Positions 10,020 to 19,582 of a stretch of 64,000 bases of DNA are shown here, one piece after another. Numbering within the stretch: the first letter of the stretch is position 1; each line of letters starts with the position of its first letter. Both the position numbers and the translations under genes were made by a program. The notes below the pieces were generated by a model. It was given only the letters and a program-made list of their open reading frames with translations, was not told where the DNA came from and searched no databases. Source of the DNA: Hydrurus foetidus (lineage: Eukaryota); NCBI GenBank assembly GCA_900617105.1, contig UYFQ01000001.1, positions 2,170,001 to 2,234,000 on the forward strand, written 5' to 3'.

Positions 10020-11318
10020 ATGCAAAACTATTCTTTCGTTTTCACGCTGGTGTTCGCAGCCGCGCTGGTGGTGGGCTTGCTTGTAAGGTTTTATTTGGCA
10101 ACTCGGCAGATCCGCCACGTGGCGAGTCACCGCGGTGCCGTGCCCACTGCATTTGCAGCGACCATCACGCTCGAATCGCATCAAAAAGCGGCCGACTACA
10201 CCATCACCAAAACCCGTTTTGGCCTGCTAGAGATGGCTTTTGGTGCAGCTTTGCTGCTGGGCTGGACGTTGCTGGGAGGTATTGATTCGTTAAATCAAGC
10301 TGTCAACAGCACAGGCTTGGCTGCATACGGAAGCCTGGTGCCGCAACTCGCGCTGCTTGCTTCGTTTGCCATCGTCAGCGGTGTGCTTGATTTGCCCTTC
10401 ACGCTTTACAGCACTTTTAAAATTGAAGAGCGCTTTGGCTTTAACAAAATGACGATCAAATTGTGGCTGGCTGATCTGGTCAAGGGCCTGGCTGTAGGCG
10501 CCATCATTGGCTTGCCAATTGTCTCGTTGATTTTATGGCTGATGAGCAGCGCGGGAAGTTTGTGGTGGCTGTGGGCGTGGGGCGCCTGGATGGGTTTTAA
10601 TTTGGCTATCTTGGTGCTTTACCCTACTGTTATTGCGCCTCTGTTTAACAAGTTCAAACCGCTGGATGACGAAACTTTGAAAGTGCGGGTCACGGCACTG
10701 ATGCAACGCTGCGGCTTTTCAAGCAAAGGCCTGTTTGTGATGGACGGCAGCAAACGCTCGGCCCACGCGAATGCATATTTCACTGGCTTTGGCGCAGCCA
10801 AACGGGTGGTGTTTTATGACACGCTTCTCAAGCAACTCAGCCCAGCTGAAGTAGATGCAGTGCTGGCGCATGAGCTGGGTCACTTCAAGCACAAGCACAT
10901 TATTAAACGCATCGTTGGCATGTTCGCTATGAGCCTGGTGGGTTTTGCGCTGCTGGGGTGGTTGTCGTCGCAGGTCTGGTTTTATACCGGCTTGGGCGTT
11001 ACGCCGAACCTTAACGGTGCAAATGACGCGCTAGCGCTGCTACTGTTTATGCTGGTGGTGCCGCTGTTCAGCTTTTTTGTTTCGCCACTGTTTGCGCAGT
11101 TTTCCCGCAAACATGAGTTTGAAGCAGACGCCTACGCCGTGTCGCAAACCGATGGCGAAGATCTGCAAAGTGCCTTGCTCAAGCTTTATCAGGACAACGC
11201 CAGTACGCTGACACCTGACCCGGTGTTCGTTAAGTTTTACTACTCGCATCCACCAGCATCTGAGCGCTTGTCCCGCATGAATTCAACGCGAATACACTCC
11301 GCCGAAAGTGCAGCATGA
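10020..11318 (+). CDS. M48 family (Ste24-like) membrane zinc protease
   Basis: HELGH, NAYFTG, EFEAD, SHP motifs; multiple TM segments. Confidence 0.93.
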   Translation: MQNYSFVFTLVFAAALVVGLLVRFYLATRQIRHVASHRGAVPTAFAATITLESHQKAADYTITKTRFGLLEMAFGAALLLGWTLLGGIDSLNQAVNSTGLAAYGSLVPQLALLASFAIVSGVLDLPFTLYSTFKIEERFGFNKMTIKLWLADLVKGLAVGAIIGLPIVSLILWLMSSAGSLWWLWAWGAWMGFNLAILVLYPTVIAPLFNKFKPLDDETLKVRVTALMQRCGFSSKGLFVMDGSKRSAHANAYFTGFGAAKRVVFYDTLLKQLSPAEVDAVLAHELGHFKHKHIIKRIVGMFAMSLVGFALLGWLSSQVWFYTGLGVTPNLNGANDALALLLFMLVVPLFSFFVSPLFAQFSRKHEFEADAYAVSQTDGEDLQSALLKLYQDNASTLTPDPVFVKFYYSHPPASERLSRMNSTRIHSAESAA

Positions 11319-11635
11319 GCAACGCTATTCACAAAAATCGCAAAGCATTGAGCGCCACTGAAATAGTGACGCAGCTAAGCAAGCTCAATGGCGAGCAAGC
11401 TAGCGGATGGCGACTGATCGACGGCGCGCTAGAAAAAACCTACGCGTTTAAAAATTACCACGAGACGATCGGTTTTGTAAATGCAATTGCGTTTATAGCC
11501 AATGCCGAAGACCACCACCCCGACCTGGCAGTGAGCTACAGCAAATGCACCGTGCGCTTTAACACGCATGATGTAAAGGGCATTTCAGTCAGCGACTTTT
11601 TCTGCGCCGCAAAAGTTGATGGGTTGCTTACTTGA
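11315..11635 (+). CDS. phhB: pterin-4-alpha-carbinolamine dehydratase
   Basis: EDHHPD and NTHDVKGIS motifs. Confidence 0.9.
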   Translation: MSNAIHKNRKALSATEIVTQLSKLNGEQASGWRLIDGALEKTYAFKNYHETIGFVNAIAFIANAEDHHPDLAVSYSKCTVRFNTHDVKGISVSDFFCAAKVDGLLT

Positions 11636-12612
11636 GTAAGCCCCACCGTCCCGGCAGCGCAGCAGGCGCAGGCACGCAGCAAGGCTTGGAAAAAGGGTTG
11701 GTGGTGGCCGGTTTTGGTCGTCATGTTTTGGTCGAAACTCTTGAAGGCAAACGCGTTATTTGCCACCCGCGCGGGAAAAAAGGGCAAGCCTTGGTCGGAG
11801 ACAACGTGCGCTGGCTGCCCAGCGAAGATGAGGGCACGATCGAGAAAATTGACGAGCGGGCCAATGTGTTTTACCGGCAAGACGAGTTGCGAACCAAATC
11901 GTTTGCGGCGAATTTGGACCAAATTTTGATCTTGATTGCAGCCGAACCTGAATTTTCGGAAAGCCAGTTAACCCGCGCGCTTATAGCCGCTGAAGCCGCT
12001 GGTATCACGCCTATCATCGCGCTGAACAAAAGCGATTTGATCGAACCATTTGGCAGAGCGTGGGGCAAGCTGGAGCCGTACCGTGCAATGGGCTACCAAC
12101 TGCTGCCTTTAGCCATCAAACCGAAAACCAAAGCGGATGACTCGCCTGAAAACGCTTTGCAAACCACCGCGTTGATGGCGTTGCTGAAAGCCAAGAAAAC
12201 ACTCGTGCTTGGCCCATCCGGTTCTGGCAAAAGCAGTTTGACCAACTTGCTTATTCCAGCGGCCAAAGTATTGACTGCCGAGATTTCGCAGGCGCTCAAT
12301 TCAGGCAAGCACACGACGACCAGCACCACGCTGTATTGGGTTGATACGGATCGCGGCACCGCGCTGATTGACTCGCCCGGCTTTCAGGAATTTGGCCTGC
12401 ACCACATACAGCCGATGCAACTGGCGCAACTGATGCCTGACTTTAAAGCGCATGCACAAAATTGCAAATTTTATAACTGCACGCACCTGCATGAGCCCGG
12501 CTGCGGCGTGATTTCAGAGGTTAAATCAGGCGCTGGACCAATATATATAGGCGCGAACCGCTATCGTTTATATAGTGAATTGTTTGCGGAACTATCGCAA
12601 ACCCGTTACTGA
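11632..12612 (+). CDS. rsgA: ribosome small subunit-dependent GTPase A
   Basis: Circularly permuted GTPase (NKSD, GPSGSGKSS, GKHTTT, DSPG) and CKFYNCTHLHEPGC zinc finger. Confidence 0.96.
   Translation: MSKPHRPGSAAGAGTQQGLEKGLVVAGFGRHVLVETLEGKRVICHPRGKKGQALVGDNVRWLPSEDEGTIEKIDERANVFYRQDELRTKSFAANLDQILILIAAEPEFSESQLTRALIAAEAAGITPIIALNKSDLIEPFGRAWGKLEPYRAMGYQLLPLAIKPKTKADDSPENALQTTALMALLKAKKTLVLGPSGSGKSSLTNLLIPAAKVLTAEISQALNSGKHTTTSTTLYWVDTDRGTALIDSPGFQEFGLHHIQPMQLAQLMPDFKAHAQNCKFYNCTHLHEPGCGVISEVKSGAGPIYIGANRYRLYSELFAELSQTRY
12523..12577 (+). repeat. two-hairpin repeat, copy 2 (degenerate, in-frame inside rsgA)
   Basis: GACCAATATATATAGGCGCGAACCGCTAT; about 34/55 ungapped identity to copy at 26120 by manual alignment. 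Confidence 0.7.
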
Positions 12613-12622
12613 AACAGCGGCG

Positions 12623-13660
12623 CTAGCCTAGCAATTTAGCCAGGGTTAGCAGCGCCAACAGCACCATCCACAACACGACCGAGCGCCATACCAGCCCCAC
12701 TACGCTGCGCAGATGGGCCACATCAGGCTCGCGACCGGGCATAGCTGGAGACAACAGATCAGCGCCGCCGCCGGCTGCCATGACACCCCCGGCGTCAACA
12801 TTGTCGAGCGTTGCATGCAGCGCCTGGCCGCCCAGCCTGACGTTAATTGCGCCCGAGGTAGCCGCCAAAATAATGCCGTCATTTCGATTCACCACCGCTT
12901 CGGCGGCATCTGCCACCGGACCGGTTTCCCGCTGCGTATAGCTGCGCCATGCATCAATGGCGTCTTCAAAACTGCCGACCACAGCAAAGCCCAAAGCAGT
13001 GACACGGGCGGGCACAAAATCGATCACTCCCCAAGCTTTTTTGGCGGCATGCTGTAGCGCCGGGCTGGCGCCCTCGCCTGCGGCGCTTAGCGTTTTGCTT
13101 TTATGCAGCCAGTAACGTCCTACAAATTCACTCATTCGGTACATCACTGCGCCAGCTGGCCCAAGCCCGACTGCTGCCAAAATTGAAAACCAGCCGAGCA
13201 CGCCAAATACATGGCGATGCGCGGCCAAAACGGAATATTCAATGACGTGTCGAATAATCTCGCTGCGGGGCAAGTCGCTGGCGTCTACCTGTTGCCAGCT
13301 GGCCAGTTGCTCCCGCGCCGCGTCTTCGTCCCCGTCTTCAAGCGCGTCGCGAATACCGGTGAAATGATGGCTGAACTGCCTGAACCCCAGCGTGATGTAC
13401 AAAATGACAACGCTCCACATAAACGCCAGCAGCGGGCTCACACTCCAGAGTGCGAAATGAACCACCAACGTCACTGCACTGGGTAAACCAACAGCGACTG
13501 CCCAGGCGATCCAGCCGTGGTGTGACTGGCCAGCATCCAGATTGCGGCTGGCCCAACGAGCCAATGCCCTGAATCCGGCGTGAATCCAGTTGCCGCGCGC
13601 CAACGGGCGAGCTTGCTCAATGATCAATGCAAACAAAACAGCTAAAAAGCTCATTTCCAA
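12623..13660 (-). CDS. CobD/CbiB (AmpE-like) membrane protein
   Basis: LGFRQFSHHF..., HRHVFGV, PARVTA family-typical segments; TM helices. Confidence 0.8.
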   Translation of the reverse strand: MEMSFLAVLFALIIEQARPLARGNWIHAGFRALARWASRNLDAGQSHHGWIAWAVAVGLPSAVTLVVHFALWSVSPLLAFMWSVVILYITLGFRQFSHHFTGIRDALEDGDEDAAREQLASWQQVDASDLPRSEIIRHVIEYSVLAAHRHVFGVLGWFSILAAVGLGPAGAVMYRMSEFVGRYWLHKSKTLSAAGEGASPALQHAAKKAWGVIDFVPARVTALGFAVVGSFEDAIDAWRSYTQRETGPVADAAEAVVNRNDGIILAATSGAINVRLGGQALHATLDNVDAGGVMAAGGGADLLSPAMPGREPDVAHLRSVVGLVWRSVVLWMVLLALLTLAKLLG

Positions 13661-13688
13661 ATCATAACGGTCTGAATCGCCAGTAGCT

Positions 13689-14396
13689 TCATGCCATCAA
13701 AAACCGATACAAATTACGCAGCATGCCCGCGGTTGCGCCCCAAACAAAGCGTTCAGTCAACTGTCCGTCTTCCTGCCGCACTGTGTGGTCAAGGTACGGC
13801 ATGGACAGCCACTCCCGGGTGATGCCGTCGAATTCCACAGCATGTCGGCGATGATTTGCCGGGTTCATCAAATACGCCAATGGCACCTCGAACACGTCTG
13901 CCACCTCATTTGGGTTGGGCTGCAACACGAAGCCGGGCGTAACCAATGCCACTACCGGGGTAATGCTGTAGGCTGTGCCGGTGACGTAAACAGGCAGTGT
14001 GCCCAGCACCTCGGTGTGGCTACGCGGCAAACCAATCTCCTCGAGCGCCTCACGCAGTGCGGTGTCTGCGGCGTCTGTATCCGTGTCGTCCGTACGCCCA
14101 CCGGGCAAAGCGACCTGGCCTGAATGCGTCGACAAATTGGTGGTGCGCTGGGTCAGCAGCAGCATCAGTTCGCTGCGCATGACCAGCGGTATGAGCACGG
14201 CAGCCGCAGCGGGCTCGCGGTTTTCAAATTTCTTTTCCACGCTGTGCTCAGGCGTCCAGATCGGTGGGCTGGCAAACCGCGTCCGCAGTGCAGCGGGGGT
14301 AAGGCGGTCAAGCGCGACGCCTTCAAGATGGTCGTCAATTCCTTGAACTGGAATTGTGCGTGGATCAAATTTGGGGAGAGGTTTACTAAATTGCAT
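13689..14396 (-). CDS. CoA pyrophosphatase (Nudix, NudL-like)
   Basis: LLTQR...HSGQVALPGG NuCoA motif, REALEE Nudix box, VWGAT. Confidence 0.92.
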   Translation of the reverse strand: MQFSKPLPKFDPRTIPVQGIDDHLEGVALDRLTPAALRTRFASPPIWTPEHSVEKKFENREPAAAAVLIPLVMRSELMLLLTQRTTNLSTHSGQVALPGGRTDDTDTDAADTALREALEEIGLPRSHTEVLGTLPVYVTGTAYSITPVVALVTPGFVLQPNPNEVADVFEVPLAYLMNPANHRRHAVEFDGITREWLSMPYLDHTVRQEDGQLTERFVWGATAGMLRNLYRFLMA

Positions 14397-14409
14397 GGTG
14401 ATTTTGCAT

Positions 14410-14437
14410 AAAAAAAGCCACTCCTGAGAGTGGCTTT
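14410..14437 (-). terminator. rho-independent terminator after rplS
   Basis: AAAGCCACTC-N4-GAGTGGCTTT hairpin followed by U-run on minus strand. Confidence 0.85.
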
Positions 14438-14468
14438 GTTCGCGGTTTTCTTAAAACGCAAGCAACGT

Positions 14469-14834
14469 TTACGCTGCCTTTGCGCCCAGCTTTTCTTTAA
14501 TACGGGCCGACTTGCCGCTGCGGCTACGCAGGTAGTACAACTTGGCGCGGCGCACATCACCACGGCGCTTGACTTCGATCTTGGCGATCAGCGGGCTGTA
14601 GACCTGAAAGGTACGCTCAACGCCCTCGCCGTTCGAAATTTTACGAACGATGAAGCTGGAGTTCAGGCCGCGATTGCGTTTGGCGATCACCACACCTTCA
14701 AAAGCCTGCATGCGCTTGCGGGTGCCCTCAACCACGTTTACGCTGACAATGACGGTGTCGCCAGGTGCGTAAACGGGGATGGTTTTGTTCAGGCGAGCAA
14801 TTTCCTCTTGCTCAAGGATTTGAATCAGATTCAT
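14469..14834 (-). CDS. rplS: 50S ribosomal protein L19
   Basis: [17 protein letters not shown]. Confidence 0.99.
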   Translation of the reverse strand: MNLIQILEQEEIARLNKTIPVYAPGDTVIVSVNVVEGTRKRMQAFEGVVIAKRNRGLNSSFIVRKISNGEGVERTFQVYSPLIAKIEVKRRGDVRRAKLYYLRSRSGKSARIKEKLGAKAA

Positions 14835-14951
14835 GACATTTCCAAAATACTTTTTCGTTCATTCACGCGCTACGCTAAAGACCGTAAATCCATCAATGCG
14901 CAAGGCATATATTTTGGTTACGGTGGCCGCCAGAGGATCGAAAAGCCTATG

Positions 14952-14960
14952 ATTATAGCA
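14952..14960 (-). promoter_or_regulatory. extended -10 promoter element (TGCTATAAT) for rplS
   Basis: Consensus TGnTATAAT about 120 nt upstream of the rplS start. Confidence 0.55.
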
Positions 14961-14962
14961 AT

Positions 14963-15733
14963 TTACTGCTTCTGGCCAATCTGCTTTGCCACTGTTGCTA
15001 AAAACGCCTCGTCGTTGGCAGTCAACTTGCCAGCTAGGCGTGCTTTTTCAACCAGCTCTGGCCGCTGCCGCTGGGTCAGCCGCAGCCGTTGTTCACGCCG
15101 CCAGCCTTCAATATGGGCGTGGTTGCCCGACAACAGCTCAGCGGGCACGATTTGCCCTTGCCAGTCTTCAGGTCGGGTGTAATGCGGGCAATCCAGCAAG
15201 CCATCTAGTGCTGGGTTAAAACTGTCTAGCTGGTGACTGCCTTCGTCATTGAGCACGCCGGGTTGCAACCGGGCTACCGCATCAAGCAGTGCCATAGCGG
15301 CAATCTCACCGCCCGACAGCACAAAATCGCCCAAGCTGATTTGGTGCGTGACGTGTTTGTCGATAAAGCGTTGGTCTATGCCTTCGTAGCGGCCACAGAT
15401 CAGTACCGCGCCGCTGCTTGACGACCAGCCCTCAACAGCGGCATGATTTAAAACTTCGCCAACAGGTGAAAAAAGGACAACCGGGTCGTTCTCAGATGCC
15501 CGCTCGCCGCGGATCGCCGCCAAACACAGCGCAAGCGGCTCAGCCAGCATAACCATGCCCGGCCCGCCGCCGAACGGCCTGTCATCGACCCGGCGGTAGT
15601 TGCCTTCAGCAAAATCGCGCGGGCTCCAGAGCCTGACCTCGACGAGCCCAGATTCGTAAGCGCGCCTGGTGACGCCGTTGGTTAAAAACGTTGCAAACAG
15701 CTCAGGGAACAGGGTGACAACATCAAAACGCAT
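14963..15733 (-). CDS. trmD: tRNA (guanine-N1)-methyltransferase
   Basis: DDRPFGGGPGM, CGRYEGID, SLGDFVLSGGE. Confidence 0.98.
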   Translation of the reverse strand: MRFDVVTLFPELFATFLTNGVTRRAYESGLVEVRLWSPRDFAEGNYRRVDDRPFGGGPGMVMLAEPLALCLAAIRGERASENDPVVLFSPVGEVLNHAAVEGWSSSSGAVLICGRYEGIDQRFIDKHVTHQISLGDFVLSGGEIAAMALLDAVARLQPGVLNDEGSHQLDSFNPALDGLLDCPHYTRPEDWQGQIVPAELLSGNHAHIEGWRREQRLRLTQRQRPELVEKARLAGKLTANDEAFLATVAKQIGQKQ

Positions 15734-15756
15734 GGTGTGTGTCAATCAAAGCAGAC

Positions 15757-16347
15757 TCAGTAATCAGGCTGCCAGTCGACCGTGATCAGCTTGCCAGCGA
15801 TGTCAACCAAGTCCACATAAGCCGACACAAAAGGAATCATTCGCTCGTCAGCTTTGCTGCTGCCGTCTTCTTGTGCAGCCTGATATTCAACGCACAGCAC
15901 TGAGTTGGGGCCGGTGGCCATCAAATCGCGCACGCAGCCTAGGGCGATGCCTTCACGATTGACGACACTCAGGCCGATCAGGTCAACCCAGTAGTACTCG
16001 TCTTTAGTTGCTTTTGGAAAGGCGCTGCGCGGCAAAAAGATGCGGCAGCCGCGCAAGGCTTCGGCATCATTGCGGTCATCCAAGCCATCGATTTTGGCAA
16101 CAACTGAATCTGAATGGGTTTTTGCCTCGTCAACCGAGATGGTAACGGTACCTGTAAAAGCGTTAAAGCTTGGGCGAAACTTGGCGTCGGGCGCCTGTAA
16201 AAACCAGGATTTTGCCGAGAACAGAGCCTCAGGCTGACTGCTGTGGGGCAGGATTTTGAGCCAACCCTTGACGCCCCACGCATCCAAAATGCGCCCAACT
16301 TCTACGGCATCGTCAGGTAACACTGACGATTTAAAGCTGAGCGCCAT
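15757..16347 (-). CDS. rimM: ribosome maturation factor RimM
   Basis: GRILDAWGVKG, EYYWVDLIG, DWQPDY; position in operon. Confidence 0.97.
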   Translation of the reverse strand: MALSFKSSVLPDDAVEVGRILDAWGVKGWLKILPHSSQPEALFSAKSWFLQAPDAKFRPSFNAFTGTVTISVDEAKTHSDSVVAKIDGLDDRNDAEALRGCRIFLPRSAFPKATKDEYYWVDLIGLSVVNREGIALGCVRDLMATGPNSVLCVEYQAAQEDGSSKADERMIPFVSAYVDLVDIAGKLITVDWQPDY

Positions 16348-16354
16348 CTTAAAA

Positions 16355-16615
16355 TTAAGCGGCCTTGGCGGCAGCTGTTGCGCCTTGCTTGATCAAGCGC
16401 TCAACGGTTGGTGACGCTTGTGCACCAACGCCAACCCAGTGGGTCAGGCGGTCTTGCATGATGCGCAAGCCTTCTTCGCCGCCCTTGGCAATCGGGTTGT
16501 AAAACCCGATACGCTCGATGAAGCGACCATCGCGGCGAACGCGCTTGTCAGCCACAACGATGTTAAAAAATGGACGGTGCTTAGAACCGCCGCGTGCAAG
16601 CCGGATGACGACCAT
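16355..16615 (-). CDS. rpsP: 30S ribosomal protein S16
   Basis: [10 protein letters not shown]...[14 protein letters not shown]; start at ATG 16615. Confidence 0.99.
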   Translation of the reverse strand: MVVIRLARGGSKHRPFFNIVVADKRVRRDGRFIERIGFYNPIAKGGEEGLRIMQDRLTHWVGVGAQASPTVERLIKQGATAAAKAA

Positions 16616-16786
16616 GATGTATTCCCAGGGTGGAGGGCACACTCCACAACATGTCAAGCGTGCCCAAAAAGTTCTTACAGCGGTTGAGACACTCGACATG
16701 ACCACCCGGCCAGCGAACTGCTGCAAAGCCTTCAATTATAGCGCGCTACTGGTTATCATCCAGTTTTTTGAAACACGCTCGCCACT

Positions 16787-17317
16787 ATGCCCATCATTCG
16801 CCCCAGCCTGGAAGCCGACATTCCCGCCGTCACCGCCATTTATGCGCACCACGTTTTAAATAGCACCGGCACCTTTGAAACTGAAGCCCCAAGCGAGCAA
16901 GACATGACTGCGCGCCGCGCTGATGTGTTGGCTAAAGGCCTGCCGTATTTGGTCGCCGAGGCGGGCGGACAAGTCGTTGGCTTTGCCTACGGCAACTGGT
17001 TTAAACCACGCCCCGCTTACCGTTTTTCGGTAGAAGACTCAATTTACCTGGCGCCAGGGCAACAAAGCAAGGGCTTGGGCCGAGCGCTGCTGGCCGAGCT
17101 CATGGCCCGCTGCGAGGCAGTCGGCATTCGCAAAATGATGGCGATTGTGGGTGACTCAGCCAATGCAGGGTCAGTCGGTGTGCACTTGGCGCTGGGGTTT
17201 GAGCAGGTTGGCAAAATTGACGCCTGTGGCTGGAAATTTGGCGCGTGGCGCGATATTGTCATCATGCAAAAAACACTGGGGTTAGGCGATACCGTGCCGC
17301 CCATCGCTGCGGCATAA
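16787..17317 (+). CDS. GNAT N-acetyltransferase (YncA/phosphinothricin acetyltransferase-like)
   Basis: TGTFE, RPAYRFSVEDSIY, KGLGRALL, WKFGAWRD. Confidence 0.9.
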   Translation: MPIIRPSLEADIPAVTAIYAHHVLNSTGTFETEAPSEQDMTARRADVLAKGLPYLVAEAGGQVVGFAYGNWFKPRPAYRFSVEDSIYLAPGQQSKGLGRALLAELMARCEAVGIRKMMAIVGDSANAGSVGVHLALGFEQVGKIDACGWKFGAWRDIVIMQKTLGLGDTVPPIAAA

Positions 17318-17330
17318 CGATAATTTCAAG

Positions 17331-17777
17331 ATGACAACGACAACAACAACCATTAAAAACAAAACCCTCGCCACCTGGCTCGCATTTGTTTTTGGACAAT
17401 CAGGTTTGCACCGTTTTTACCTTTTCGGCGCCAAGGACATTTGGGCTTGGTTGCACCCGGTTGCAGCAGCTGTAGGCTGGTGGGGCGTAGTGAGAATACG
17501 CGCGCTCGGCCAAGACGACAAACTGGCTTGGGTGCTGGTGCCAATACTTGGCTTGTTACTTGCCGCAACCGCTGCCACCGCAATTTACTATGGCTTGTCA
17601 TCGTCTGAAAAATGGAACAGCCTTCACAACCGCCAGCAACCTGAATCACCCGCCGGAGACACCAACTGGCTGGTGATTGTGGCCGTGGCTTTTGCGCTGC
17701 TGATGGGCGCAACAGCTTTGATGTCAAGCCTTGCGTTTACCTTTCAGCGTTACTTTGAAAGCCAAATAGGCAGTTGA
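17331..17777 (+). CDS. TM2/NINE-domain membrane protein
   Basis: KNKTLATWLAFVFG.SGLHRFYL TM2 motif. Confidence 0.8.
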   Translation: MTTTTTTIKNKTLATWLAFVFGQSGLHRFYLFGAKDIWAWLHPVAAAVGWWGVVRIRALGQDDKLAWVLVPILGLLLAATAATAIYYGLSSSEKWNSLHNRQQPESPAGDTNWLVIVAVAFALLMGATALMSSLAFTFQRYFESQIGS

Positions 17778-17823
17778 GGCAGCGGCACCGATGATGGAGC
17801 CGTGTGCGCTTCGCCCCAGCAAC

Positions 17824-18834
17824 CTAAAAAATTTGCCAGCTAATCCAGTAAGCCACCGCTGCAACAAATGCGGAAGCAGGAATGGTAAAAATCCAGGCCC
17901 ACACAATGTTGCCCGCAACGCCCCAGCGCACTGCTGAAGCACGCTGAGTTGAACCCACGCCCACAATCGCCCCGGTGATGGTGTGCGTGGTGGACACAGG
18001 AATACCCAGCGCTGTTGCCAAGAACAATGTGATGGCCCCGCCCGTTTCTGCGCAAAATCCGCCCACAGGTTTCAGTTTGGTGATCTTCTGGCCCATCGTT
18101 TTCACAATCCGCCAGCCGCCAAACATGGTGCCAGCCGCAATGGCCATGTAGCAACTCACTATGGCCCAGGTCGGGGGCGCTTTGTCTGCGCTGGCTACGT
18201 AGCCAGTGGCAATTAGCAGCATCCAGATAATGCCAATTGTTTTTTGTGCATCGTTGCCGCCGTGGCCCAGGCTGTACGCGCCCGCTGACACCAACTGCAA
18301 ACGGCGAAACCAACGGTCAACCTTTGACGGCGTTGCCCTTCTGCACACCCAGGCCACCAGCACCATCATGAGAGAGCCCAGCAAAAACCCCAGCACGGGA
18401 GAGACAAAAATGAAGGCCACGGTTTTCAGGATGCCGCCAGAAATCAATGCCGAAGCCCCGGCCTTGGCAATCACCGCACCCACAATGCCGCCAATCAATG
18501 CATGCGACGAACTGCTGGGAATACCGTAGTACCAGGTCACCAAGTTCCAGGTGATGGCGCCCGTCAGCGCGCCGAACACAACATGGGTGTCGACAATGCC
18601 CGGCTGCACAATGCCCTTGCCTACCGTCGCGGCCACACTTAAATGGAAAATAAAAATCGCGATAAAGTTGAAAAAGGCAGCAAAAAGCACAGCCTGGCCC
18701 GGCTTGAGCACGCCCGTAGATACGACGGTAGCAATCGAGTTGGCGGCGTCGTGAAAGCCGTTCATGAAGTCAAACGCAATGGCCAGTATGACCAGCATGA
18801 CCACCACCCACAATGCGGTTTGTGTAGCTTGCAT
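17824..18834 (-). CDS. pit: inorganic phosphate transporter, PiT family
   Basis: GFHDAANSIAT and HGGNDAQK signature motifs. Confidence 0.95.
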   Translation of the reverse strand: MQATQTALWVVVMLVILAIAFDFMNGFHDAANSIATVVSTGVLKPGQAVLFAAFFNFIAIFIFHLSVAATVGKGIVQPGIVDTHVVFGALTGAITWNLVTWYYGIPSSSSHALIGGIVGAVIAKAGASALISGGILKTVAFIFVSPVLGFLLGSLMMVLVAWVCRRATPSKVDRWFRRLQLVSAGAYSLGHGGNDAQKTIGIIWMLLIATGYVASADKAPPTWAIVSCYMAIAAGTMFGGWRIVKTMGQKITKLKPVGGFCAETGGAITLFLATALGIPVSTTHTITGAIVGVGSTQRASAVRWGVAGNIVWAWIFTIPASAFVAAVAYWISWQIF

Positions 18835-18852
18835 ACGCCTAGCTAACCAAAA

Positions 18853-19500
18853 TCACGAATTTTCGAGGACAACGCCCTCGATGAGATTGGCGACGTCTTC
18901 GCACTTGTCGGTAATCGTCTCCAGCAGCTCATAAACCGCCTTGAGCTTGATGACTTCGCGCACATCTGGCTCTTCGCGAAACAAACGGCTCATGGCTGAT
19001 CGCATGACGCGGTCGGCGTCTGATTCGAGCTTGTCAATTTCTTCGCAGGTTTTAAGCGCGGCTTCTGCGGTGTCGGCCTGACTGACATTGGCGAGCAGCG
19101 AAACCGCATGCTTTAAGCGCACACAGCACTTCACACTTAGCTCGGTCAGCCGCACGATGTCGTCGTTCATGGTGCGCACGTCGTACAGCGTCATCGTCTC
19201 TGCTGAATCCTGAATCAGGTCGGCGACGTCGTCCATGGTGTTAATCAGCTTGTGAATTTGCTCACGGTCGATGGGCGTGATAAAGGTCTTGTGCAGTGTG
19301 CGGTTAACTTCATGCGTGATGCGGTCAGCAGAGCGCTCAGCATGGTCCACCTCGCGGTTGTAGGCTTCACGCTTTTCAACATCGCTGTAGTGCGCCACCA
19401 TGTTTGAAAAGGCGTTGGCCGCCTCGACAATGTAGGCGGCATGCTGGTTAAACATTTCAAAAAAATTGCCCTCGCGGGGCAGTAACTTGCCGAATAGCAT
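18853..19500 (-). CDS. DUF47 (PhoU-like) phosphate transport regulator
   Basis: TFITPIDRE, ESDAD, DKCEDVA; adjacent to pit. Confidence 0.92.
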   Translation of the reverse strand: MLFGKLLPREGNFFEMFNQHAAYIVEAANAFSNMVAHYSDVEKREAYNREVDHAERSADRITHEVNRTLHKTFITPIDREQIHKLINTMDDVADLIQDSAETMTLYDVRTMNDDIVRLTELSVKCCVRLKHAVSLLANVSQADTAEAALKTCEEIDKLESDADRVMRSAMSRLFREEPDVREVIKLKAVYELLETITDKCEDVANLIEGVVLENS

Positions 19501-19529
19501 ACAAACTCCTGCGTCACCAGACTACCAAT

Positions 19530-19547
19530 ATGACAAATTTGTGACAG
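19530..19547 (-). promoter_or_regulatory. PHO box (PhoB site)
   Basis: Minus strand CTGTCAC-AAAT-TTGTCAT, 11-bp period matching PhoB consensus, upstream of DUF47-pit. Confidence 0.75.
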
Positions 19548-19582
19548 GCAGGAGTTTAACCGGGCAGACCCCAAGCAAATTT

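Noticed and set aside
11350..11385. Possible repeat remnant in phhB (ATEIVT)
   Set aside because: Similarity too low and hairpins not preserved.
14430..15182. 250-aa plus-strand ORF
   Set aside because: Antisense shadow of rplS/trmD.
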